From Eledone cirrhosa (Eukaryota), in contig OZ024744.1 in assembly GCA_964016885.1 (NCBI GenBank), positions 63,860,001 through 63,924,000 on the forward strand: a stretch of 64,000 nt of DNA, written 5' to 3'. Shown piece by piece: positions 26,500 to 37,478 of the stretch (position 1 is the stretch's first letter; the number at the start of each line of letters is the position of its first letter). The notes under the pieces were generated by a model. That model saw only the letters and a program-made list of their open reading frames with translations, was not told the DNA's origin and did not search any database. A program made the position numbers and the translations under genes.

Positions 26500-29400
26500 C
26501 ACCATTATTATTAGGACCAATCATAAGTCAGCGGCCTATGCTATCACTTCTGGTTGCTTGCCGATATGATGGATGGACTAAAGAATTCTGGAGAGTCTGA
26601 AAAATCTGGACACTCAGTGACAATGCCAAAGATAAAGACAAATTCACCTCATGCTGTCGAACGAAAAGACAAGGACTCCTCCTCTTTGTTTCGGTCGCGG
26701 ATGGCCAACATAACCCCAACCCACCCACCCCGCCCCCTCCCCGCGCCCCACCGTTTCCACCCACCAAACGCAATCCAAAACTTCAGAGTTGGTACCATGA
26801 ATGTAGGCACATTAAAAGGTCGCTCTAACGAGGTTGTAGAAATGCTTGAACGTAAGGAGGTTGATGTTTGCTGTATCCAAGAGACTAGGTGGAGGGGTGG
26901 GTCTGCTAGATTCATTGTGGGTAAAAAACGATGATATAAGCTTTTCTGGGGGGGAAATGAAAATGGGCTGGGCGGGGTAGGAATCATGTTAGCAGAAAAA
27001 TGGGTAGATAAGATAATAGATGTAAATAGAGTGAACAACAGAATAATTAAAATAAGACTTGTCCTAAATAGAACTACTGTGACAGTAATATCTGCGTATG
27101 CACCCCCAATCCAGACTGCCTGGCGCTATAAAAGACAGATTCTATGAGACATTGATGCTCACTACCTCCCAAATAACCGACAGTGACTACATAATTATTG
27201 CTGGCGACCTAAATGGTCACGTTGGACAACATTGTGACGGCTATGACGGAATCCATGGAGGCTATGGGTTTGGTACTAGAAATGAGGAAGGCTCCAGAAT
27301 CCTGGAATTCTGTGACGCAAATAACCTAACTAACTGTAACATTAACTTAAAAAAATGAGACAATCACTTGATCACCTATTGATCAGGGGAACACGCCAGT
27401 CAGATAGATTATATCCTTACCAGAAGACGTGATAGAGTGTCTGTTGTAAACACTAAATCCCTCCCCCATGAAGAATGCACCTCCCAACATAGACTCATAG
27501 TCAGCGACCTCATCGTCAGGACAAGACGTACTCGACAACAGAGGAGGACTATCCTCAGGAGAAAAATATGGAAACTAAAGGACCCCACAGCCAGTAATAA
27601 ATTTAAAAGCATATTACTTGATGCTTTCGACAGTAAGGAAGAGCAATTAGAGTCGTACAAGATAGAGGAACAGTGGGAATTCCTGAAAGCTAACCTGCTG
27701 AAGGCGGCAGATGAAGTCTGTGGCTGGAGCAGGCCTATAGGCAGGAGGAGAGTAACGTGGTGGTGGAACAGTAAGGTGGAGGAGTCAATTATGGCCAAAA
27801 AGCAGGCTTGGAAAGTATGGTGGGATGGGGGAAGTAGAGAAGACTATCAAGTGGCCAGGAGGGAAGCTAGGAGACAAGTGTACTTCGCAAGAAGGGAAGC
27901 AGAGGAAAGAAAGTTCAAGCATGTTCTACAACGCGAGGACCAAAAACGTGAGGTGTTCAGGATTGCTAGGCAATGTGTCAAGGAAAACCGTGATATTGTC
28001 AGGGAGAAGTGTGTCCTTAATGATGATGGTGTACTTGCCATCACTGACGCTAAGAAGGTAGCTTGGAAGTGTCACTACGAAAGGCTACTAAATGAGGAGA
28101 ATAAATGGGAGAAAGACAGTCTCCTCCACATCGACCCAATAGAGGGACCAGCAGTGTTAGTCGAAGGTAGTATAATAAGTAAGGCAATCAAAGATATGAA
28201 GATGGGTAAGGCGGCCGGGCCTTCGGAAATAGTTGCTGAAATGCTGAAAGCATCTGGAATGGTGGGACACACCATGGTCACCCGGATAGTAAACCAAGTC
28301 ATACAGAATGGGGCCGTTCTGAAGGACTGGCGTAGCAGCATCATCATTAACTGCTACAAGGGTAAAGGAGATGCCCTAGATAGGGGTAATTATAGAGGCA
28401 TTAAATTAATCGACCAGGTCATGAAGGTCAAAGAAAAAGTAATAACGCAACTAATCAGAGAACGAATTGATCTAGATGAAATGCAGTTTGGGTTTGTGAC
28501 AGGTAAAAGTACCACAGACGCTCTTTTCATTGTACGACAACTACAGGTGAAGTACCTAGCTAAAAGTAAACTCCTATACTTAGCTTTTGTTGACTTGGAG
28601 AAAGCCTTTGAAAGAGTCCCCCGCTCCATTATTTGGTGGGCACTTAGAAAACTAGGTGTTGATGAATGGCTTGTGAGAGCTATACAAGCCATGTATAAAG
28701 AAACAGTCAGCAAGGTTAGAATTAACAACGAATATAGTGAAGAGTTTAGCGTAAAAGTTGGTGTTCATCAGGGCTCCGTTCTTAGCCCCCTACTATTTAT
28801 TATTGCCTTCAGGCTATAACAGAGGAGATCAAGACCGGCTGCCCATGGGAAATTCTATATGCAGATGATCTAACGCTCATAGCTGAATCAATGGCTGAAC
28901 TAGAGAAGAAATTCCAAACATGGAAGCATGGCCTAGAATCAAAAGGCCTTAAAGTTAACTTGTCTAAGACTAAAGTTCTAGTTTGTAGGAAGGAAAATAG
29001 GGCACCGGTCACATCTGGGAAATGGCCATGCTCAGTGTGTAGGAAAGGAGTAGGCAGAACCTCCATTTTATGTCCCAAATGCAAAGTATGGGTGCATAAA
29101 AGATGTAGTGGGATCACAGGTAAGCTAACTAAGAATATAAATTTTATATGTGGCCGGTGCTCTGGTGCAATAAGTAGCAGCAAGTGCCCACAGAATACTA
29201 GCTCATTCCATTGCACAGATGGTTCTATAGAAATAGTGGTCACCTTCCGTTACCTAGGTTACAAAATCAGCAGTGGGGGATGGTGCTCTGAAAGTACAGT
29301 AGCTAGAGTCAGAAGGGGATGGAAAAAGTTCAGAGAGCTTATACCACTATTGGCCGCTAAAGGGTTCTCTCTAAAAATGAAAGGCAGGCTGTATGATGCC

Positions 29401-30193
29401 TGCATACGAACAGCAATGTTACATGGCAGTGAGACCTGGGCATTGTGTGGAGAGGATATACGCAGACTGGAGAGGAACGAAGCTTGCATGCTCCGCTGGA
29501 TGTGTAATAGTAATATACGTGAACGGCAAAGCATAAACGAACTAAGGGAGAAATTAGGAATAAGAGGGATCAGATGTTGTTTACTCGAGAGAAGACTACG
29601 TTGGTATGGTCACATGATGCGCATGAAAGACGACAGCTGTATAAAAAAGTGCAGGGCGATAAAAATAGACGGTAACCACGGAGCAAGTAGACCCAGAAAA
29701 ACCTGGGATGACTTGATAAATTCCGACCTCACACACTTACACCTCTCCAAGACAATGTCACTGGACCGAGATCTTTGGCGCTACACAGTAATACAGAAGA
29801 CCCGTCTTGCCTAAGTACAAAGCGAAACCTACAGTCAGTAGGCACCTCTAACAAAATACACCCCCGTCCCACTACCCCCCACCCCATCCACACCACCCCC
29901 TTAAATGTGAAGTTATGTTGGTACCACAACATCCAGGCCGAAACAAATGAGGTCGTGTAGGTGTCACGACAAAAAAACACAGTCCACGCTGTAATGTGGC
30001 CGTGTAGGTAACACGGTAAAAACCTCCCAGTCCCACACTGTAAACGTGGTTGGTGTTAGGAAGGGCATCCAGCCGTAGAAAACCCGCCAGACAGTCCTAT
30101 ACGAGCAGGGCAACAAATCTTGCCTCAAGTGGGAAAACTCCCGTCCAAACCCATGCAAGCGTGGAATATGGACGTTAAATGATGATGATGATG
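26500..30193 (+). mobile_element. Near-full-length RTE-clade LINE; the 5' UTR may extend to about 25965
   Basis: Single long APE-RT reading frame, 3' UTR with ~46-bp repeats, and terminus CCCATGCAAGCGTGGAATATGGACGTTAAA(TGA)n. Confidence 0.95.
26566..29814 (+). pseudogene. LINE ORF: AP endonuclease, reverse transcriptase and an internal PHD-type finger; disrupted
   Basis: APE motifs: VGTMNVGTL, CCIQETRW, IAGDLNGHVG, QIDYIL, SQHRLIVSD. RT motifs: YRGIKLI, QFGF, AFVDLEKAF, GVHQGSVLSPLLF, YADD (28858-28869), FRYLG. Lesions: stops near 26932 and 27356-27382, frameshifts near 27105 and 28810. Confidence 0.95.
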
Positions 30194-30634
30194 AAATCCC
30201 TCCAAATTTTGATTATCTGAACATCATAGACAGTGTTTTTCATTAGAAATATGGTAATGAAAAGGTTTAAGTGTTTATAATTATCTAAAAACCTTCCATC
30301 ATAATTTTGTTCTAGAACCTTTGTTATATTATGTTCTAAATACAAGTTGAATAATTCTTTGAGGGAAGATGAATATTGATTATATGGATCCCAGTACTTT
30401 CTCACAAGAATCTTTAATCACAATATATTTCAATGAAAGATAAAAGAAAATGTTATTCTATGTAAAAATATACCATGTAAATACAATTTAATAGAAAAAA
30501 AAAAAAAAAAATTTAGATTGAGAAGAAAGAATGGAATGTAGAATAAGAAAATATAAAAAAGAAAACCAGAAAAGGAAGGGAATGACAAGGTCTCTAGTGT
30601 CACAGAAGAATGGGAGATGAGGTGGGTAGTAATT

Positions 30635-30708
30635 GGACTTGATCTCAGAATGTAGAAAGTCATAAACTAAAGCATTTTGTCTGATGCTCTGCAGATACTG
30701 CCAATCCA
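30635..30708 (-). mobile_element. SINE head fragment (same tRNA-like head) lacking the usual body
   Basis: Reverse complement reads GGATTGGCAGTATCTGCAGAGCATCAGACAAAATGC...CTGAGATCAAGTCC. Confidence 0.7.
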
Positions 30709-31915
30709 CTACCCATATAATACCAACTTAATAATGAGAAAGTTAGTTATATTATTAAATCTCTGTAAATCGATTATTTTCAAAATAATTTGAAAACCAT
30801 AGTTAGTGTCTGTCATTAGATATACAGTAACAAAAGGATTAAATGACTTTCTGGATTTTTTTTTTTTTTCATTAAATAACAAAGTTTGTTAAACTAAAGA
30901 AAAAATGTGATAAAACTGTACAATATAAATGGCAATAAGGAAATGAGAAAGAAGGAAGGAAAAGAAAAAATACATCAAACAACAAAAAAGGGATTGGGGA
31001 GGGAGTGACAGACTCTACACCCCAGACACATCTGTTGTGTAGACATACTGTTTGGCCTTGTATTAATATTTATTGATAACACTAACAATCAGAGTAAAGA
31101 GGCAAATGGACACATACATGAAATGTTTATGTATGTTATATGTACATAGAATCTCATTGTGAGTACTTTGAGATGTGATCATATCAAAGCTAGTATTTGT
31201 GTGAAAACATTCCATGTGTTTTTGTATTGGTTAATTCTTCTTCATCAGCAGGCATTTACTTAGTAATGAGATACTGACACAAAGGAAGCAAATGTTCATA
31301 TGTATTTGTATTGAGAACCATCACACACAGGCACCATATATCCTGGTCAAATATCAGCATGTTGACCATGGTTTACCATGGTTTTGGAAGGAGACCCACA
31401 GTTTATTCTCTCATGGAACAAATGTTTCCCACATAAAAACTTTGCTGGCAGACAATTCTGGATGTCTAAGACAGTGTCTGGCAAGCTTACAGCTATCTCC
31501 ACATACTGTCTTGTTAACTGAGTTATTTTGCATATCTTAGACCAGGTATGTGCAACATTTTTCTATCAGTGGGTTGCACAAAGTGGGCCACACTACTAAA
31601 CAATTCAAGGCAATTTTGAAATTAGGTATGCCAAATGGGTTGCATGTGGCTTGCAGGCTGCAGTTTTCCCATGACTGTCTTAGGCAGGTCCTAGCAACTT
31701 TACAGCTGACTTCCCATGCTATCTTGTTAGTCAACTGAAGCCAAAAGCTAGGACATACTAACTGTAAGCCACAACAACCCATTTTCCCCTTAGTTCTAAT
31801 CACACAGCCTTCTGTCTACACAAAAAAACCATCAATATCATTATCCTCTATTACATATTTCCAATAGCATTGAATTGTCAAAACCTTATTTCCCAACTGG
31901 GAAGAAGAGTATTAA

Positions 31916-32170
31916 TAAATAATAATAATAGTAATAACAATTCTGATGATGATGGTGGTGGTTGTGGTAGTGGTGGTGGGGGTGATGGTGGCAGTAGTAG
32001 TGGTGGTAATGATGATAACGATGATAGTGGTGGTTGTGGTAGTGATGGTGGCAGTAGTAGTGGTGGTAATGATGATAACGATGATAGTGGTGGTTGTGAT
32101 TGTGGTGGTGGTAGTGATGATGGTGGTGGTAGTAGTGGTGGTGATAATGGAGGGATGTTGTGGTGGTGGA
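31916..32170. repeat. Compound trinucleotide repeat (AAT/GAT/GGT/AGT) with a ~60-bp internal duplication
   Basis: Low-complexity sequence; 31982-32038 is repeated at 32042-32098. Confidence 0.9.
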
Positions 32171-32852
32171 GATTGCGAATCCAATCCTCTAACCACTTAG
32201 CCACGTGTCTCAAATACAGTACATGTTGCTATTGCTATTTTATTACTCCAGAAGTCAGCTATGTTTGAAGCGACATGAGGGAGTCTATGTAGCCACACAA
32301 ATAAAGCCCAACTGATTTAATCCATTTGTTACTGTACAGTAGTCCCCCGGTATTTGCAGGAGTTATGCTCTTAGAGCACTGTGAAGTGCCAGCACTACCA
32401 CTTCACATAGTGTACTGGGTACATTTTATCATGGCACTACCACTACCACTTTACAGTGTGTACTGGATGCATTTTATCGTGGCACCAACACTACCTCTTT
32501 ACAGAGTGTACTGGGTATATTTAATTGTATTTGGTAAACAATAGCATTGTTGTTTACAGGTTTCCAGTAGGTCAGTCATAGGTCCACTGCATTTCTCACA
32601 GAAAGAGTGACAAAAGAACAACTGAGCAACCTGAGGAGAACAAATACCAACCACAAGATATTTTAATTTTAACTTTGTTGATTCCAACTTGCCTTAAAGT
32701 ACCCTTGGCTTTATGATACAAAATTGTTCCTTTTAAAAGTGTTTTAACACTTATATTAAAACCATTTATCATAATTTTATGCAGGAACTTTTTTTTAAAA
32801 GTAATGCTCTGAACAACAGCTTAACAACAACAAAGAAAATAGATTATATTAC

Positions 32853-33033
32853 ATTGACAGTATCGGTAGAGGGTCCGACGTCATGCTTTGACGCATAGAG
32901 TTACGGCCCTTTCCATTCTGAGTTCAAATCCCGCCGAGGTCAACTTTGCCTTTCATCCTTACGGGGTCGATAAAATAAAGTACCAGTAATGTACTGGGTA
33001 ATTGCTGGCCTTGTGCCTAAAGTAGAAACAATT
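32853..33033 (+). mobile_element. tRNA-derived SINE, short variant
   Basis: Family consensus; 10-bp TSD ATTATATTAC at 32843-32852 and 33031-33040. Confidence 0.9.
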
Positions 33034-33296
33034 ATATTACTAAATTCTTCCATATTCTTGATTATATTTTCAAAGTTAATTGAAATATATAGGTAATATA
33101 TTTCATTCAGTTTTCTTTCTAATAAATAGTTTATCACTCTACATGGCTGAATACAATAAATGTAATCTGAGTCTTTTGAATATTAATAATAATATTCGAT
33201 TTGTTTGCAATTATGCAAACAGCCTCTTCAAAGCCATGTCAGTAGAATGACCCCGTCATTCTTGCTCTTGTGTTGGCATGTAAACAGAACTGCAGA

Positions 33297-33332
33297 CACT
33301 AATGTTTCTGGGTGATTACCCTTCATCAGTAC
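33297..33332 (-). ncRNA. Degenerate minimal hammerhead-like motif
   Basis: Minus strand reads CTGATGA-A-GGGT-AATC-ACCC-A-GAAA-CA-TT-AGTG. Confidence 0.4.
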
Positions 33333-33622
33333 AGTATACTGCTTACCTGCCAACTGTCAGAGCCAGTGAAAATATATGATATTTTCTAAAATATACAGAT
33401 TGGCCTGATTTGCATATTGGACCAAGGAAACAATGTTTCTATTGGTCTATCCATTGCTGATGCTTTACGAGATATAAATTGCCAAATGATACACACATGT
33501 GGAAGATATAATTTCTCTCAAATTGATTTCCCAATTGAGTCTTGATATTTTTGTGTTTCTACAAAAAAAAAAAAATTTAGTTACTTTTCTCAGCAATCCT
33601 TATTGTTTTTATTTACATTCAG

Positions 33623-33661
33623 TTTGATTACGCAGAATATGTGTCAGAGGAAGAGAATCAA
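33623..33661 (+). CDS. Putative exon A of the DUF3105/TP53I13-like gene (FDYAEYVSEEENQ)
   Basis: Acceptor TTTTTATTTACATTCAG, donor GTAAGT, 39 nt, phase 0/0 and in frame with exon B. There is no conserved motif, so the support is splice signals only. Confidence 0.55.
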
Positions 33662-33844
33662 GTAAGTATAAACATTTTCTAGATTTATGGAAGATACTGA
33701 AGTATTAAGTACACAAAATACTGAACTAATAATATGTCTATATAACTATGTATATATATTTTATCCTACTTTACCTTTTGTGCATACTTTCTCTTTTTGG
33801 CTAATATGTTGAGCTTTGTTTCAATCTCACTTCTTCCCAGTTGC

Positions 33845-34012
33845 AGCACATTGGCTTGTGACAAATTTAATTTATATGTAAATGGTCGAAAAACCAATTG
33901 TCCTGTTTTGTATCCATTTGTTACTTTCCTGTGTGTACTGGAGCTAGTGTTATCAACCTTAAATTACCAAACCCACAATGACCTCCCTTTTCAAATTAAT
34001 ATATACACACAC

Positions 34013-34056
<44 letters not shown>

Positions 34057-34310
34057 TAATTTGAAAAGGGACCAATATGGCTAAGAATATACAAATGAGT
34101 AAAAAAGGAAGGGCAAAAACAATGGAAAAACGGACGAAACACAGAATAATCCCTCATCAGTCAATCATTGGAGGTCATTGTGGGTTTGGTAATTTAAGGT
34201 TGATAACACTAACTCCAGTGCACACGGGAAAGTAACAAATGGATACAAAACAGGACAATTGGTTTTTCGACCATTTACATATAAATTAAATTTGTCACAA
34301 GCCAATGTGC
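33845..34310. repeat. Long inverted repeat (~142-bp arms, 33845-33986 and 34169-34310) with a Penelope-like spacer
   Basis: The arms are nearly identical in reverse complement. The spacer has CTGATGAGGGATTATTC on the minus strand, and the same family occurs at 59920-60010. Confidence 0.9.
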
Positions 34311-34320
34311 TATATATATA

Positions 34321-34559
34321 CAATGATATTAAATAAATGGAAACTATATTTATAAAACCATATTTATTTTATTATATATATTTCAAGGGCAACCAAGACA
34401 ACATTGGTACGCTTTCATCAGATAAAATACAAAGTTTGTTTTATAAATAGAGACATACCCATGAAAATCATACCTTAAGGTATGATTTTGCCCTTGAAAT
34501 ATATATAATAAAATAAATATGGTTTTATAAATATAGTTTTCATTTATTTAATATCATTG
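34321..34559. repeat. Inverted repeat (~72-bp arms) enclosing the perfect 26-bp palindrome AAAATCATACCTTAAGGTATGATTTT
   Basis: 34321-34392 is the reverse complement of 34488-34559. CTGATGA occurs on the minus strand near 34415-34421. Confidence 0.9.
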
Positions 34560-34671
34560 AATATTTACTCCAGTAACTTGTTGAGTGCTCTAAATCAGTT
34601 ATAAGCATTTATATTTGTCGGACTTCCAACAAATTAAATACCACTTCTACTTATATATATATATATATATA

Positions 34672-35065
34672 TATTGTTATACTTGGGGAGGGTCATATTT
34701 GTGTAATATTGCCAGAATTAATAACAGAACACACTCACTGTTTGGTTGGTTTTCGCTTCTCGCTTCTGTGTCTTTTATATCGGTAATCTAACTTACTCGG
34801 TCCTCAATGTTGCCATTGACTGACCGACGGTCAAAAATAATACAGATACAATATAGACACAAACACATATATATAGTTTATCATAAATCTTTCGTTGCAC
34901 ATCTGCAAGATCGTCAGTGGTTCTATTGTTTCCTCCTGTTGAATTGTATGGCTACGCCATTTTTATTCAGTCTATCTATATATTTATTTATTTATTTATT
35001 TGCTAGTTTGTTTATTTTATTTTGTCTTCTTTGCGCATGCGTTTGCGTGTGTGCATAGTGTTTTA
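34672..35065 (+). repeat. Dispersed repeat flanked by (TA)n; related to 21310-21360 on the minus strand
   Basis: Both share the terminus ATTGTTATACTT(G/T)GGGAGGGTCAT. Confidence 0.5.
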
Positions 35066-35139
35066 TATATATATATATATATTAAATGACTGAATCACAT
35101 TTATCTAGTAAAATAGCAGATAACTTTCAGCTAAATATT

Positions 35140-35450
35140 GTGTCATTTTAAGATCTGAGTTTACATCCTGTCAATATTAACATTTCCTTTCATCCTTCCA
35201 GGGCCAGTAAAATCAGTATTTGAATACCAGTGATATACTGGTGGTATATGTAATAAACTGTACCTATTCCTCTTAAATTATGTAGTCCCTTGCTTCAGTT
35301 AGAAATCAATATTATTTCTAATTAGTTTGGTCAGAGTTCAAATCCCACCGAGGTTAACTTTACCTTTCATCCTTACGGGGTCGATAAAATAAAGTACCAG
35401 TAATACACTGGGATAATTGCTAGCCTTGTACAAAAGTAGAAACAATTATT
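35140..35450 (+). mobile_element. Two adjacent 5'-truncated copies of the tRNA-derived SINE (an old one at ~35140-35315 and a younger one at 35333-35450)
   Basis: The body motif occurs twice. The younger copy is flanked by the 16-bp direct repeat ATTATTTCTAATTAGT (35311-35326, 35445-35460). Confidence 0.8.
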
Positions 35451-35554
35451 TCTAATTAGTATTTGAAATAATTAAGTTTTTAAGTATCTTTCATTGACAA
35501 ATTTAGACTTGAGTGAAGTACACATTGTATATATATTTATAAATATGTATACTA

Positions 35555-35790
35555 GACATGCATCATAGTGGTTAAGGTGTTAGACTTATCATCGTAATGT
35601 CACGGGTTCAATTCTTGGACAAGGTAGCACATCGTGTTCTTGAGCATATCACTTCACTTCTTGTTGATCCAGTCTACTCAAAATGAGTATCAGTAACAGT
35701 GGCGATTAAACCTGCAATGGACTGGTATCCAGGTTTCTTGTACTATCAGTTGATTAATGCCAATGAAACCGGGATAGGCTCTTGATGAGC
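35555..35790 (+). mobile_element. Second tRNA-derived SINE family (CORE-like body)
   Basis: A box TAGTGGTTAAGG, B box GGTTCAATTC, then TGTTCTTGAGCA...CACTT. Confidence 0.65.
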
Positions 35791-35821
35791 CTCCAGGTTT
35801 TGGACAGATTTTATCATTTAA

Positions 35822-36520
35822 CCTTCTTCTTCCCCCACTTATTCCTGAGAGGGTCGTGGGGGCAGAGTCCTCAAACATTCCTTCCAGCGGGTCCTGTCAG
35901 AAGAAACCACCTCCAACTGATTTGGCTGGGTCCCCGAGCTGAGACCAGCCAAGCTCATGGATCTTATCCAACCATCTTGCTTGGAGACAACCCCTGGTTC
36001 TCCTGTTGGTTGGTTTTGCCCATAAAATCTGTCCAGGGATTCTTTCCTGAGGCATTCTAAACATATGCCCATAGTATCGGAGCTGTGATGTCTCAATTTG
36101 GAGAGGTAGAGGCTCTATTGAGTAATGTTACTCCAAAGACCCTTCAGAGGAACCCCATTTCGGCCGCTTGTATTTGCAATTGTATTCCTTCAGTCACTAC
36201 CGAAGATACATTACCATAGGTAAGGGTTGGTATGAATGCCGAATTGAAAACATTGAGTTTGGCATTTACACCCACCCCCCTTCTTCTGGTTACTGAATGC
36301 TGAAGTTGACGCATTATTGCACCAGCTCCTGCAATTCTTGCGCTTAATTTAGCCTCCTGTCTTCCATCATTCGTGAACACGGCCCCAAGATACTTGAACT
36401 TCTCCACCTGCTTCAGTGGAACCCCATTTACATGTAGAGTGTACTATGAAGGCTTCCTTGAGAGGATGAGCGTCTCAGTCTTTGCAGCACTGATCTTTAT
36501 TTTGTCTGCCGGACACAGCC
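35822..36520 (-). mobile_element. 5'-truncated RTE LINE of a second family (Expander/Rex3-like) with a (GAA)n tail
   Basis: EKFKYLG...AKLNVFNSAFIPTLTYG...QIQAAEMGFL. Further copies lie at 46905-47366 and 61740-61900. Confidence 0.85.
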
Positions 36521-36767
36521 GAAACACCACTCTGACTTAGGTGTAGAGACTGTCACCCTCTCCCCTTTCCCCTTTCATTCATTGCTTAATAATCCTTACT
36601 CTTTCCCTCCTCCTCTCCTTTATAGTCTTTTGCAATGCTACTTTCTTTTTCTTTGATTGAGTTCTATTGATTTGTTTCTATTGAATATATCATATTGCAA
36701 GCAGGGAAAAGCGGACGTAAAATGATGATGATGATGATGATTATATATAATACAAGAGGGAAGTGTA

Positions 36768-36970
36768 TTGGAAGTATTGGTAGAGCGTCAGACAACATGC
36801 TTTGCTGCATAGAGTTACGGCCATTTATGATCTGAGTTCAAATCCTGTCTTGGTTAGCTTTGCCTTTCATCCTTACGGGGTTGATAAAATAAAGTACCAA
36901 TAACATACTGGGGTTGATGACTTCTCTTTCCCCCCAAAATGTTGGCCTTGTGCTTAAATCAGAAACCATT
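36768..36970 (+). mobile_element. tRNA-derived SINE, long variant
   Basis: Matches the family consensus. Confidence 0.85.
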
Positions 36971-36971
36971 A

Positions 36972-37478
36972 TCTCCTTATAATATTTAACCAGCAATTTC
37001 TCTGTCTGTCTGTCCGACAGTGGAAACACATGCGCGCGTGCGAATGTTTTTTGCGCACGCGTAGAGAGAGAGTGAGAGTGAAAGAAAGAGACAGACTACG
37101 AGAGAGAGATAGCGAGAGGGAGAGATAGAGAGTGAATAGACGCTAAAACACGTGTGCGCGTGCGAATGTTTTTTGCACACACGTAGAGAGAGAGTGAGAG
37201 TGAAAGAAAGAGACAGACTACAAGAGGGGGATAGCGGGAGGGAGAGAGGGGGGAATTGAGGAGTGCTACAGAAACATATATACATTTCTGTGTGTGTGTA
37301 ATATATATATATATACACACACAGAAATATATATATATACGCACAGAAATATATATACATTTCTGTGTGTGTAATATATATATATATATATACACACACA
37401 GAAATATATATACATTTCTGTGTGTGTAATATATATATATACTAACAGAAAACCACCCGATGGGCGGTTTTCTGCTAG
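36972..37478 (+). mobile_element. Non-autonomous Helitron-like element A
   Basis: A|TC 5' end, (CTGT)n near the 5' end, internal ~122-bp and ~42-bp duplications, and a terminal hairpin ending in CTAG. Confidence 0.6.

Noticed and set aside
31870-32268. Gly/Asp/Ser-rich 132-aa ORF
   Set aside because: It is a trinucleotide repeat open in several frames, with no splice or domain support.
33399-33460. Possible extra upstream exon (..WPDLHIGPRKQCF..)
   Set aside because: The acceptor is weak, and there is no suitable donor before the in-frame stop.
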